Source: Auanema rhodensis (lineage: Eukaryota; Animalia; Nematoda). Taken from it: a stretch of 64,000 nt of DNA. The notes below the pieces were generated by a model. The model was not told where the DNA came from. It worked only from the letters and a program-made list of their open reading frames with translations, and searched no databases. Position numbers and translations under genes: made by a program. The stretch is from contig OZ059894.1 of assembly GCA_964057225.1 (NCBI GenBank), positions 930,001 to 994,000 of the forward strand, given 5' to 3'. Each line of letters opens with the position of its first letter. Position 1 is the first letter of the stretch. This document shows, one piece after another, positions 41,067 through 56,507 of the stretch.

Positions 41067-44000
41067 CCGCATCGAATGCACTATACTACTTTGAGAAACG
41101 CTTGATATAAAAATTAGTTATGATCGTTTGAAAAATGATGCATTAGTGTATGTTGAGTTTCCATGTACACTCAACATTGCTTCCAAAAACATTTTGACAA
41201 AAATTTTTTCGAAAAATTTCAAAATAATTTAGCAAAAAGTAGATGTTTTAAGATTCCTTTTTTCAAGGCAAACACGATGGACAATGTTTTTCAACGAAAA
41301 AATTAGTTCTTCAGGGTGAAAATCGAGGATATAAGTGTGAACTTATATCAGTTGATATCTCGGTGCATTTTTAAGCTAGCGCAAATCTGATAACACAGAT
41401 CGACGCAGCTTAAAAATCCGCATCGAATGCACTATACTACTTTGAGAAACGCTTAATATAAAAATTAGTTATGATCGTTTGAAAAATGATGCATTAGTGT
41501 ATGTTGAGTTTCCATGTACACTCAACATTGCTTCCAAAAACATTTTGACAAAAATTTTTTCGAAAAATTTCAAAATAATTTAGCAAAAAGTAGATGTTTT
41601 TAGATTCCTTTTTCTAACGCAAAGACGATGGACAATGTTATTCAACGAAAAAATTAATTCTTCAGGGTGAAAATCGAGGATATAAGTGTGAACTTATATC
41701 AGTTGATATCTCGGTGCATTTTTAAGCTAGCGCAAATCTGATAACACAGATCGACGCAGCTTAAAAATCCGCATCGAATGCACTATACTACATTGAGAAA
41801 CGCTTAATACAAAAATTAGTTATGATCGTTTGAAAAATGATGCATTAGTGTATGTTGAGTTTCCATGTACACTCAACATTGCTTCCAAAAACATTTTGAC
41901 AAAAATTTTTTCGAAAAATTTCAAAATAATTTAGCAAAACGTAGATGTTTTTAGATTCCTTTTTTCAAGGCAAACACGATGGACAATGTTTTTCAACGAA
42001 AAAATTAGTTCTTCAGGGTGAAAATCGAGGATATAAGTGTAAACTTATATCAGTTGATATCTCGGTGCATTTTTAAGCTAGCGCAAATCTGATAACACAG
42101 ATCGACGCAGCTTAAAAATCCGCATCGAATGCACTATACTACTTTGAGAAACGCTTAATACAAAAATTAGTTATGATCGTTTGAAAAATGATGCATTAGT
42201 GTATGTTGAGTTTCCATGTACACTCAACATTGCTTCCAAAAACATTTTGACAAAAATTTTTTCAAAAAATTTCAAAATAATTTAGCAAAAAGTAGATGTT
42301 TTTAGATTCCTTTTTTCAAGGCAAAGACGATGGACAATGTTATTCAACGAAAAAATTAATTCTTCAGGGTGAAAATCGAGGATATAAGTGTGAACTTATA
42401 TCAGTTGATATCTCGGTGCATTTTTAAGCTAGCGCAAATCTGATAACACAGATCGACGCAGTTTAAAAATCCGCATCGAATGCACTATACTACATTGAGA
42501 AACGCTTAATACAAAAATTAGTTATGATCGTTTGAAAAATGATGCATTAGTGTATGTTGAGTTTCCATGTACACTCAACATTGCTTCCAAAAACATTTTG
42601 ACAAAAATTTTTTCGAAAAATTTCAAAATAATTTAGCAAAAAGTAGATGTTTTTAGATTTCTTTTTTCAAGGCAAACACGATGGACAATGTTTTTCAACG
42701 AAAAAATTAATTCTTCAGGGTGAAAATCGAGGATATAAGTGTGAACTTATATCAGTTGATATCTCGGTGCATTTTTAAGCTAGCGCAAATCTGATAACAC
42801 AGATCGACGCAGCTTAAAAATCCGCATCGAATGCACTATACTACTTTGAGAAACGCTTAATACAAAAATTAGTTATGATCGTTTGAAAAATGATGCATTA
42901 GTGTATGTTGAGTTTCCATGTACACTCAACATTGCTTCCAAAAACATTTTGACAAAAATTTTTTCAAAAAATTTCAAGATAATTTAGCAAAAAGTAGATG
43001 TTTTTAGATTCCTTTTTTCAAGGCAAAGACGATGGACAATGTTATTCAACGAAAAAATTAATTCTTCAGGGTGAAAATCGAGGATATAAGTGTGAACTTA
43101 TATCAGTTGATATCTCGGTGCATTTTTAAGCTAGCACAAATCTGATAACACAGATCGACGCAGCTTAAAAATCCGCATCGAATGCACTATACTACTTTGA
43201 GAAACGCTTAATACAAAAATTAGTTATGATCGTTTGAAAAATGATGCATTAGTGTATGTTGAGTTTCCATGTACACTCAACATTGCTTCCAAAAACATTT
43301 TGACAAAAATTTTTTCAAAAAATTTCAAAATAATTTAGCAAAAAGTAGATGTTTTTAGATTTCTTTTTTCAAGGCAAAGACGATGGACAATGTTATTCAA
43401 CGAAAAAATTAATTCTTCAGGGTGAAAATCGAGGATATAAGTGTGAACTTATATCAGTTGATATCTCGGTGCATTTTTAAGCTAGCGCAAATCTGATAAC
43501 ACAGATCGACGCAGCTTAAAAATCCGCATCGAATGCACTATACTACATTGAGAAACGCTTAATACAAAAATTAGTTATGATCGTTTGAAAAATGATGCAT
43601 TAGTGTATGTTGAGTTTCCATGTACACTCAACATTGCTTCCAAAAACATTTTGACAAAAATTTTTTCAAAAAATTTCAAAATAATTTAGCAAAAAGTAGA
43701 AGTTTTTAGATTCCTTTTTTCAAGGCAAAGACGATGGACAATGTTATTCAACGAAAAAATTAATTCTTCAGGGTGAAAATCGAGGATATAAGTGTGAACT
43801 TATATCAGTTGATATCTCGGTGCATTTTTAAGCTAGCGCAAATCTGATAACACAGATCGACGCAGCTTAAAAATCCGCATCGAATGCACTATACTACTTT
43901 GAGAAACGCTTAATATAAAAATTAGTTATGATCGTTTGAAAAATGATGCATTAGTGTATGTTGAGTTTCCATGTACACTCAACATTGCTTCCAAAAACAT

Positions 44001-44927
44001 TTTGACAAAAATTTTTTCGAAAAATTTCGAAATAATTTAGCAAAAAGTAGATGTTTTTAGATTCCTTTTTCTAACGCAAAGACGATGGACGATGTTATTC
44101 AACGAAAAAATTAATTCTTCAGGGTGAAAATCGAGGATATAAGTGTGAACTTATATCAGTTGATATCTCGGTGCATTTTTAAGCTAGCGCAAATCTGATA
44201 ACACAGATCGATGCAGCTTAAAAATCCGCATCGAATGCACTATACTACTTTGAGAAACGCTTAATACAAAAATTAGTTATGATCGTTTGAAAAATGATGC
44301 ATTAGTGTATGTTGAGTTTCCATGTACACTCAACATTGCTTCCAAAAACATTTTGACAAAAATTTTTTCAAAAAATTTCAAAATAATTTAGCAAAAAGTA
44401 GATGTTTTTAGATTCCTTTTTTCAAGGCAAAGACGATAGACAATGTTATTCAACGAAAAAATTAATTCTTCAGGGTGAAAATCGAGGATATAAGTGTGAA
44501 CTTATATCAGTTGATATCTCGGTGCATTTTTAAGCTAGCGCAAATCTGATAACACAGATCGACGCAGCTTAAAAATCCGCATCGAATGCACTATACTACT
44601 TTGAAAAACGCTTAATACAAAAATTAGTTATGATCGTTTGAAAAATGATGCATTAGTGTATGTTGAGTTTCCATGTACACTCAACATTGCTTCCAAAAAC
44701 ATTTTGACAAAAATTTTTTCGAAAAATTTCAAAATAATTTAGCAAAAAGTAGATGTTTTTAGATTCCTTTTTTCAAGGCAAACACGATGGACAATGTTTT
44801 TCAACGAAAAAATTAGTTCTTCAGGGTGAAAATCGAGGATATAAGTGTGAACTTATATCAGTTGATATCTCGGTGCATTTTTAAGCTAGCGCAAATCTGA
44901 TAACACAGATCGACGCAGCTTAAAAAT

Positions 44928-47735
44928 CCGCATCGAATGCACTATACTACTTTGAGAAACGCTTAATATAAAAATTAGTTATGATCGTTTGAAAAATGAT
45001 GCATTAGTGTATGTTGAGTTTCCATGTACACTCAACATTGCTTCCAAAAACATTTTGACAAAAATTTTTTCGAAAAATTTCAAAATAATTTAGCAAAAAG
45101 TAGATGTTTTTAGATTCCTTTTTCTAACGCAAAGACGATGGACAATGTTATTCAACGAAAAAATTAATTCTTCAGGGTGAAAATCGAGGATATAAGTGTG
45201 AACTTATATCAGTTGATATCTCGGTGCATTTTTAAGCTAGCGCAAATCTGATAACACAGATCGACGCAGCTTAAAAATCCGCATCGAATGCACTATACTA
45301 CATTGAGAAACGCTTAATACAAAAATTAGTTATGATCGTTTGAAAAATGATGCATTAGTGTATGTTGAGTTTCCATGTACACTCAACATTGCTTCCAAAA
45401 ACATTTTGACAAAAATTTTTTCGAAAAATTTCAAAATAATTTAGCAAAACGTAGATGTTTTTAGATTCCTTTTTTCAAGGCAAACACGATGGACAATGTT
45501 TTTCAACGAAAAAATTAGTTCTTCAGGGTGAAAATCGAGGATATAAGTGTAAACTTATATCAGTTGATATATCGTTGCATTTTTAAGCTAGCGCAAATCT
45601 GATAACACAGATCGACGCAGCTTAAAAATCCGCATCGAATGCACTATACTACTTTGAGAAACGCTTAATACAAAAATTAGTTATGATCGTTTGAAAAATG
45701 ATGCATTAGTGTATGTTGAGTTTCCATGTACACTCAACATTGCTTCCAAAAACATTTTGACAAAAATTTTTTCAAAAAATTTCAAAATATATTAGCAAAA
45801 AGTAGATGTTTTTAGATTCCTTTTTTCAAGGCAAAGACGATGGACAATGTTATTCAACGAAAAAATTAATTCTTCAGGGTGAAAATCGAGGATATAAGTG
45901 TGAACTTATATCAGTTGATATCTCGGTGCATTTTTAAGCTAGCGCATATCTGATAACACAGATCGACGCAGCTTAAAAATCCGCATCGAATGCACTATAC
46001 TACTTTGAGAAACGCTTAATATAAAAATTAGTTATGATCGTTTGAAAAATGATGCATTAGTGTATGTTGAGTTTCCATGTACACTCAACATTGCTTCCAA
46101 AAACATTTTGACAAAAATTTTTTCGAAAAATTTCAAAATAATTTAGCAAAACGTAGATGTTTTTAGATTCCTTTTTTCAAGGCAAACACGATGGACAATG
46201 TTTTTCAACGAAAAAATTAGTTCTTCAGGGTGAAAATCGAGGATATAAGTGTAAACTTATATCAGTTGATATCTCGGTGCATTTTTAAGCTAGCGCAAAT
46301 CTGATAACACAGATCGACGCAGCTTAAAAATCCGCATCGAATGCACTATACTACTTTGAGAAACGCTTAATATAAAAATTAGTTATGATCGTTTGAAAAA
46401 TGATGCATTAGTGTATGTTGAGTTTCCATGTACACTCAACATTGCTTCCAAAAACATTTTGACAAAAATTTTTTCGAAAAATTTCAAAATAATTTAGCAA
46501 AAAGTAGATGTTTTTAGATTCCTTTTTTCAAGGCAAACACGATGGACAATGTTTTTCAACGAAAAAATTAGTTCTTCAGGGTGAAAATCGAGGATATAAG
46601 TGTGAACTTATATCAGTTGATATCTCGGTGCATTTTTAAGCTAGCGCAAATCTGATAACACAGATCGACGCAGCTTAAAAATCCGCATCGAATGCACTAT
46701 ACTACTTTGAGAAACGCTTAATATAAAAATTAGTTATGATCGTTTGAAAAATGATGCATTAGTGTATGTTGAGTTTCCATGTACACTCAACATTGCTTCC
46801 AAAAACATTTTGACAAAAATTTTTTCGAAAAATTTCAAAATAATTTAGCAAAAAGTAGATGTTTTTAGATTCCTTTTTCTAACGCAAAGACGATGGACAA
46901 TGTTATTCAACGAAAAAATTAATTCTTCAGGGTGAAAATCGAGGATATAAGTGTGAACTTATATCAGTTGATATCTCGGTGCATTTTTAAGCTAGCGCAA
47001 ATCTGATAACACAGATCGACGCAGCTTAAAAATCCGCATCGAATGCACTATACTACATTGAGAAACGCTTAATACAAAAATTAGTTATGATCGTTTGAAA
47101 AATGATGCATTAGTGTATGTTGAGTTTCCATGTACACTCAACATTGCTTCCAAAAACATTTTGACAAAAATTTTTTCGAAAAATTTCAAAATAATTTAGC
47201 AAAACGTAGATGTTTTTAGATTCCTTTTTTCAAGGCAAACACGATGGACAATGTTTTTCAACGAAAAAATTAGTTCTTCAGGGTGAAAATCGAGGATATA
47301 AGTGTAAACTTATATCAGTTGATATATCGTTGCATTTTTAAGCTAGCGCAAATCTGATAACACAGATCGACGCAGCTTAAAAATCCGCATCGAATGCACT
47401 ATACTACTTTGAGAAACGCTTAATACAAAAATTAGTTATGATCGTTTGAAAAATGATGCATTAGTGTATGTTGAGTTTCCATGTACACTCAACATTGCTT
47501 CCAAAAACATTTTGACAAAAATTTTTTCAAAAAATTTCAAAATATATTAGCAAAAAGTAGATGTTTTTAGATTCCTTTTTTCAAGGCAAAGACGATGGAC
47601 AATGTTATTCAACGAAAAAATTAATTCTTCAGGGTGAAAATCGAGGATATAAGTGTGAACTTATATCAGTTGATATCTCGGTGCATTTTTAAGCTAGCGC
47701 ATATCTGATAACACAGATCGACGCAGCTTAAAAAT
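44928..47735. repeat. Local duplication, period 5 monomers: M129-131 = M134-136
   Basis: Private GATATATCGTTGC (45571, 47326; +1755), AAAATATATTAG and GCGCATATC each occur twice. Confidence 0.85.
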
Positions 47736-49490
47736 CCGCATCGAATGCACTATACTACTTTGAGAAACGCTTAATATAAAAATTAGTTATGATCGTTTGA
47801 AAAATGATGCATTAGTGTATGTTGAGTTTCCATGTACACTCAACATTGCTTCCAAAAACATTTTGACAAAAATTTTTTCGAAAAATTTCAAAATAATTTA
47901 GCAAAAAGTAGATGTTTTAAGATTCCTTTTTTCAAGGCAAACACGATGGACAGAGTTTTTCAACGAAAAAATTAGTTCTTCAGGGTGAAAATCGAGGATA
48001 TAAGTGTGAACTTATATCAGTTGATATCTCGGTGCATTTTTAAGCTAGCGCAAATCTGATAACACAGATCGACGCAGCTTAAAAATCCGCATCGAATGCA
48101 CTATACTACTTTGAGAAACGCTTAATATAAAAATTAGTTATGATCGTTTGAAAAATGATGCATTAGTGTATGTTGAGTTTCCATGTACACTCAACATTGC
48201 TTCCAAAAACATTTTGACAAAAATTTTTTCGAAAAATTTCAAAATAATTTAGCAAAAAGTAGATGTTTTTAGATTCCTTTTTCTAACGCAAAGACGATGG
48301 ACAATGTTATTCAACGAAAAAATTAATTCTTCAGGGTGAAAATCGAGGATATAAGTGTGAACTTATATCAGTTGATATCTCGGTGCATTTTTAAGCTAGC
48401 GCAAATCTGATAACACAGATCGACGCAGCTTAAAAATCCGCATCGAATGCACTATACTACATTGAGAAACGCTTAATACAAAAATTAGTTATGATCGTTT
48501 GAAAAATGATGCATTAGTGTATGTTGAGTTTCCATGTACACTCAACATTGCTTCCAAAAACATTTTGACAAAAATTTTTTCGAAAAATTTCAAAATAATT
48601 TAGCAAAACGTAGATGTTTTTAGATTCCTTTTTTCAAGGCAAAGACGATGGACAATGTTATTCAACGAAAAAATTAATTCTTCAGGGTGAAAATCGAGGA
48701 TATAAGTGTGAACTTATATCAGTTGATATCTCGGTGCATTTTTAAGCTAGCGCAAATCTGATAACACAGATCGACGCAGCTTAAAAATCCGCATCGAATG
48801 CACTATACTACATTGAGAAACGCTTAATACAAAAATTAGTTATGATCGTTTGAAAAATGATGCATTAGTGTATGTTGAGTTTCCATGTACACTCAACATT
48901 GCTTCCAAAAACATTTTGACAAAAATTTTTTCGAAAAATTTCAAAATAATTTAGCAAAAAGTAGATGTTTTTAGATTCCTTTTTTCAAGGCAAACACGAT
49001 GGACAATGTTTTTCAACGAAAAAATTAATTCTTCAGGGTGAAAATCGAGGATATAAGTGTGAACTTATATCAGTTGATATCTCGGTGCATTTTTAAGCTA
49101 GCGCAAATCTGATAACACAGATCGACGCAGCTTAAAAATCCGCATCGAATGCACTATACTACTTTGAGAAACGCTTAATACAAAAATTAGTTATGATCGT
49201 TTGAAAAATGATGCATTAGTGTATGTTGAGTTTCCATGTACACTCAACATTGCTTCCAAAAACATTTTGACAAAAATTTTTTCAAAAAATTTCAAAATAA
49301 TTTAGCAAAAAGTAGATGTTTTTAGATTCCTTTTTTCAAGGCAAAGACGATGGACAATGTTATTCAACGAAAAAATTAATTCTTCAGGGTGAAAATCGAG
49401 GATATAAGTGTGAACTTATATCAGTTAATATCTCGGTGCATTTTTAAGCTAGCACAAATCTGATAACACAGATCGACGCAGCTTAAAAAT

Positions 49491-49838
49491 CCGCATCGAA
49501 TGCACTATACTACTTTGAGAAACGCTTAATACAAAAATTAGTTATGATCGTTTGAAAAATGATGCATTAGTGTATGTTGAGTTTCCATGTACACTCAACA
49601 TTGCTTCCAAAAACATTTTGACAAAAATTTTTTCAAAAAATTTCAAAATAATTTAGCAAAAAGTAGATGTTTTTAGATTTCTTTTTTCAAGGCAAAGACG
49701 ATGGACAATGTTATTCAACGAAAAAATTAATTCTTCAGGGTGAAAATCGAGGATATAAGTGTGAACTTATATCAGTTGATATCTCGGTGCATTTTTAAGC
49801 TAGCGCTCTGATAACACAGATCGACGCAGCTTAAAAAT
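49491..49838. other. 348-bp monomer (AAA deleted after 49806)
   Basis: TAGCGCTCTG versus the usual TAGCGCAAATCTG; downstream phase shifts by -3. Confidence 0.92.
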
Positions 49839-52800
49839 CCGCATCGAATGCACTATACTACATTGAGAAACGCTTAATACAAAAATTAGTTATGATCGTT
49901 TGAAAAATGATGCATTAGTGTATGTTGAGTTTCCATGTACACTCAACATTGCTTCCAAAAACATTTTGACAAAATTTTTTTCAAAAAATTTCAAAATAAT
50001 TTAGCAAAAAGTAGATGTTTTTAGATTCCTTTTTTCAAGGCAAAGACGATGGACAATGTTATTCAACGAAAAAATTAATTCTTCAGGGTGAAAATCGAGG
50101 ATATAAGTGTGAACTTATATCAGTTGATATCTCGGTGCATTTTTAAGCTAGCGCAAATCTGATAACACAGATCGACGCAGCTTAAAAATCCGCATCGGAT
50201 GCACTATACTACATTGAGAAACGCTTAATACAAAAATTAGTTATGATCGTTTGAAAAATGATGCATTAGTGTATGTTGAGTTTCCATGTACACTCAACAT
50301 TGCTTCCAAAAACATTTTGACAAAAATTTTTTCGAAAAATTTCAAAATAATTTAGCAAAAAGTAGATGTTTTTAGATTCCTTTTTTCAAGGCAAACACGA
50401 TGGACAATGTTTTTCAACGAAAAAATCAATTCTTCAGGGTGAAAATCGAGAATATAAGTGTGAACTTATATCAGTTGATATCTCGGTGCATTTTTAAGCT
50501 AGCGCAAATCTGATAACACAGATCGACGCAGCTTAAAAATCCGCATCGAATGCACTATACTACATTGAGAAACGCTTAATACAAAAATTAGTTATGATCG
50601 TTTGAAAAATGATGCATTAGTGTATGTTGAGTTTCCATGTACACTCAACATTGCTTCCAAAAACATTTTGACAAAAATTTTTTCGAAAAATTTCAAAATA
50701 ATTTAGCAAAAAGTAGATGTTTTTAGATTCCTTTTTTCAAGGCAAACACGATGGACAATGTTTTTCAACGAAAAAATCAATTCTTCAGGGTGAAAATCGA
50801 GAATATAAGTGTGAACTTATATCAGTTGATATCTCGGTGCATTTTTAAGCTAGCGCAAATCTGATAACACAGATCGACGCAGCTTAAAAATCCGCATCGA
50901 ATGCACTATACTACTTTGAGAAACGCTTAATACAAAAATTAGTTATGATCGTTTGAAAAATGATGCATTAGTGTATGTTGAGTTTCCATGTACACTCAAC
51001 ATTGCTTCCAAAAACATTTTGACAAAAATTTTTTCAAAAAATTTCAAAATAATTTAGCAAAAAGTAGATGTTTTTAGATTTCTTTTTTCAAGGCAAAGAC
51101 GATGGACAATGTTATTCAACGAAAAAATTAATTCTTCAGGGTGAAAATCGAGGATATAAGTGTGAACTTATATCAGTTGATATCTCGGTGCATTTTTAAG
51201 CTAGCGCAAATCTGATAACACATATCGACGCAGCTTAAAAATCCGCATCGAATGCACTATACCACATTGAGAAACGCTTTATACAAAAATTAGTTATGAT
51301 CGTTTGAAAAATGATGCATTAGTGTATGTTGAGTTTCCATGTACACTCAACATTGCTTCCAAAAACATTTTGACAAAAATTTTTTCAAAAAATTTCAAAA
51401 TAATTTAGCAAAAAGTAGATGTTTTAAGATTCCTTTTTTCAAGGCAAAGACGATGGACAATGTTATTCAACGAAAAAATTAATTCTTCAGGGTGAAAATC
51501 GAGGATATAAGTGTGAACTTATATCAGTTGATATCTCGGTGCATTTTTAAGCTAGCGCAAATCTGATAACACAGATCGACGCAGCTTAAAAATCCGCATC
51601 GAATGCACTATACTACATTGAGAAACGCTTAATACAAAAATTAGTTATGATCGTTTGAAAAATGATGCATTAGTGTATGTTGAGTTTCCATGTACACTCA
51701 ACATTGCTTCCAAAAACATTTTGACAAAAATTTTTTCAAAAAATTTCAAAATAATTTAGCAAAAAGTAGATGTTTTTAGATTCCTTTTTTCAAGGCAAAG
51801 ACGATGGACAATGTTATTCAACGAAAAAATTAATTCTTCAGGGTGAAAATCGAGGATATAAGTGTGAACTTATATCAGTTGATATCTCGGTGCATTTTTA
51901 AGCTAGCGCAAATCTGATAACACAGATCGACGCAGCTTAAAAATCCGCATCGAATGCACTATACTACATTGAGAAACGCTTAATACAAAAATTAGTTATG
52001 ATCGTTTGAAAAATGATGCATTAGTGTATGTTGAGTTTCCATGTACACTCAACATTGCTTCCAAAAACATTTTGACAAAAATTTTTTCAAAAAATTTCAA
52101 AATAATTTAGCAAAAAGTAGATGTTTTTAGATTCCTTTTTTCAAGGCAAAGACGATGGACAATGTTATTCAACGAAAAAATTAATTCTTCAGGGTGAAAA
52201 TCGAGGATATAAGTGTGAACTTATATCAGTTGATATCTCGGTGCATTTTTAAGCTAGCGCAAATCTGATAACACAGATCGACGCAGCTTAAAAATCCGCA
52301 TCGAATGCACTATACTACTTTGAGAAACGCTTAATACAAAAATTAGTTATGATCGTTTGAAAAATGATGCATTAGTGTATGTTGAGTTTCCATGTACACT
52401 CAACATTGCTTCCAAAAACATTTTGACAAAAATTTTTTCAAAAAATTTCAAAATAATTTAGCAAAAAGTAGATGTTTTTAGATTTCTTTTTTCAAGGCAA
52501 AGACGATGAACAATGTTATTCAACGAAAAAATTAATTCTTCAGGGTGAAAATCGAGGATATAAGTGTGAACTTATATCAGTTGATATCTCGGTGCATTTT
52601 TAAGCTAGCGCAAATCTGATAACACAGATCGACGCAGCTTAAAAATCCGCATCGAATGCACTATACTACATTGAGAAACGCTTAATACAAAAATTAGTTA
52701 TGATCGTTTGAAAAATGATGCATTAGTGTATGTTGAGTTTCCATGTACACTCAACATTGCTTCCAAAAACATTTTGACAAAAATTTTTTCAAAAAATTTC

Positions 52801-55800
52801 AAAATAATTTAGCAAAAAGTAGATGTTTTTAGATTCCTTTTTTCAAGGCAAAGACGATGGACAATGTTATTCAACGAAAAAATTAATTCTTCAGGGTGAA
52901 AATCGAGGATATAAGTGTGAACTTATATCAGTTGATATCTCGGTGCATTTTTAAGCTAGCGCAAATCTGATAACACAGATCGACGCAGCTTAAAAATCCG
53001 CATCGAATGCACTATACTACTTTGAGAAACGCTTAATACAAAAATTAGTTATGATCGTTTGAAAAATGATGCATTAGTGTATGTTGAGTTTCCATGTACA
53101 CTCAACATTGCTTCCAAAAACATTTTGACAAAAATTTTTTCAAAAAATTTCAAAATAATTTAGCAAAAAGTAGATGTTTTTAGATTTCTTTTTTTAAGGC
53201 AAAGACGATGGACAATGTTATTCAACGAAAAAATTAATTCTTCAGGGTGAAAATCGAGGATATAAGTGTGAACTTATATCAGTTGATATCTCGGTGCATT
53301 TTTAAGCTAGCGCAAATCTGATAACACAGATCGACGCAGCTTAAAAATCCGCATCGAATGCACTATACTACATTGAGAAACGCTTAATACAAAAATTAGT
53401 TATGATCGTTTGAAAAATGATGCATTAGTGTATGTTGAGTTTCCATGTACACTCAACATTGCTTCCAAAAACATTTTGACAAAAATTTTTTCAAAAAATT
53501 TCAAAATAATTTAGCAAAAAGTAGATGTTTTTAGATTCCTTTTTTCAAGGCAAAGACGATGGACAATGTTATTCAACGAAAAAATTAATTCTTCAGGGTG
53601 AAAATCGAGGATATAAGTGTGAACTTATATCAGTTGATATCTCGGTGCATTTTTAAGCTAGCGCAAATCTGATAACACAGATCGACGCAGCTTAAAAATC
53701 CGCATCGAATGCACTATACTACTTTGAGAAACGCTTAATACAAAAATTAGTTATGATCGTTTGAAAAATGATGCATTAGTGTATGTTGAGTTTCCATGTA
53801 CACTCAACATTGCTTCCAAAAACATTTTGACAAAAATTTTTTCAAAAAATTTCAAAATAATTTAGCAAAAAGTAGATGTTTTTAGATTCCTTTTTTCAAG
53901 GCAAAGACGATGGACAATGTTATTCAACGAAAAAATTAATTCTTCAGGGTGAAAATCGAGGATATAAGTGTGAACTTATATCAGTTGATATCTCGGTGCA
54001 TTTTTAAGCTAGCGCAAATCTGATAACACAGATCGACGCAGCTCAAAAATCCGCATCGAATGCACTATACTACTTTGAGAAACGCTTAATACAAAAATTA
54101 GTTATGATCGTTTGAAAAATGATGCATTAGTGTATGTTGAGTTTCCATGTACACTCAACATTGCTTCCAAAAACATTTTGACAAAAATTTTTTCAAAAAA
54201 TTTCAAAATAATTTAGCAAAAAGTAGATGTTTTTAGTTTTCTTTTTTCAAGGCAAAGACGATGGACAATGTTATTCAACGAAAAAATTAATTCTTCAGGG
54301 TGAAAATCGAGGATATAAGTGTGAACTTATATCAGTTGATATCTCGGTGCATTTTTAAGCTAGCGCAAATCTGATAACACAGATCGACGCAGCTTAAAAA
54401 TCCGCATCGAATGCACTATACTACATTGAGAAACGCTTAATACAAAAATTAGTTATGATCGTTTGAAAAATGATGCATTAGTGTATGTTGAGTTTCCATG
54501 TACACTCAACATTGCTTCCAAAAACATTTTGACAAAAATTTTTTCAAAAAATTTCAAAATAATTTAGCAAAAAGTAGATGTTTTTAGATTCCTTTTTTCA
54601 AGGCAAAGACGATGGACAATGTTATTCAACGAAAAAATTAATTCTTCAGGGTGAAAATCGAGGATATAAGTGTGAACTTATATCAGTTGATATCTCGGTG
54701 CATTTTTAAGCTAGCGCAAATCTGATCACACAGATCGACGCAGCTTAAAAATCCGCATCGAATGCACTATACCACATTGAGAAACGCTTTATACCAAAAT
54801 TAGTTATGATCGTTTGAAAAATGATGCATTAGTGTATGTTGAGTTTCCATGTACACTCAACATTGCTTCCAAAAACATTTTGACAAAAATTTTTTCAAAA
54901 AATTTCAAAATAATTTAGCAAAAAGTAGATGTTTTTAGATTCCTTTTTTCAAGGCAAAGACGATGGACAATGTTATTCAACGAAAAAATTAATTCTTCAG
55001 GGTGAAAATCGAGGATATAAGTGTGAACTTATATCAGTTGATATCTCGGTGCATTTTTAAGCTAGCGCAAATCTGATAACACAGATCGACGCAGCTTAAA
55101 AATCCGCATCGAATGCACTATACTACTTTGAGAAACGCTTAATACAAAAATTAGTTATGATCGTTTGAAAAATGATGCATTAGTGTATGTTGAGTTTCCA
55201 TGTACACTCAACATTGCTTCCAAAAACATTTTGACAAAAATTTTTTCAAAAAATTTCAAAATAATTTAGCAAAAAGTAGATGTTTTTAGATTTCTTTTTT
55301 CAAGGCAAAGACGATGGACAATGTTATTCAACGAAAAAATTAATTCTTCAGGGTGAAAATCGAGGATATAAGTGTGAACTTATATCAGTTGATATCTCGG
55401 TGCATTTTTAAGCTAGCGCAAATCTGATAACACAGATCGACGCAGCTTAAAAATCCGCATCGAATGCACTATACTACATTGAGAAACGCTTAATACAAAA
55501 ATTAGTTATGATCGTTTGAAAAATGATGCATTAGTGTATGTTGAGTTTCCATGTACACTCAACATTGCTTCCAAAAACATTTTGACAAAAATTTTTTCAA
55601 AAAATTTCAAAATAATTTAGCAAAAAGTAGATGTTTTTAGATTCCTTTTTTCAAGGCAAAGACGATGGACAATGTTATTCAACGAAAAAATTAATTCTTC
55701 AGGGTGAAAATCGAGGATATAAGTGTGAACTTATATCAGTTGATATCTCGGTGCATTTTTAAGCTAGCGCAAATCTGATAACACAGATCGACGCAGCTTA

Positions 55801-56507
55801 AAAATCCGCATCGAATGCACTATACTACTTTGAGAAACGCTTAATACAAAAATTAGTTATGATCGTTTGAAAAATGATGCATTAGTGTATGTTGAGTTTC
55901 CATGTACACTCAACATTGCTTCCAAAAACATTTTGACAAAAATTTTTTCAAAAAATTTCAAAATAATTTAGCAAAAAGTAGATGTTTTTAGTTTTCTTTT
56001 TTCAAGGCAAAGACGATGGACAATGTTATTCAACGAAAAAATTAATTCTTCAGGGTGAAAATCGAGGATATAAGTGTGAACTTATATCAGTTGATATCTC
56101 GGTGCATTTTTAAGCTAGCGCAAATCTGATAACACAGATCGACGCAGCTTAAAAATCCGCATCGAATGCACTATACTACATTGAGAAACGCTTAATACAA
56201 AAATTAGTTATGATCGTTTGAAAAATGATGCATTAGTGTATGTTGAGTTTCCATGTACACTCAACATTGCTTCCAAAAACATTTTGACAAAAAATTTTTC
56301 AAAAAATTTCAAAATAATTTAGCAAAAAGTAGATGTTTTTAGATTCCTTTTTTCAAGGCAAAGACGATGGACAATGTTATTCAACGAAAAAATTAATTCT
56401 TCAGGGTGAAAATCGAGGATATAAGTGTGAACTTATATCAGTTGATATCTCGGTGCATTTTTAAGCTAGCGCAAATCTGATAACACAGATCGACGCAGCT
56501 CAAAAAT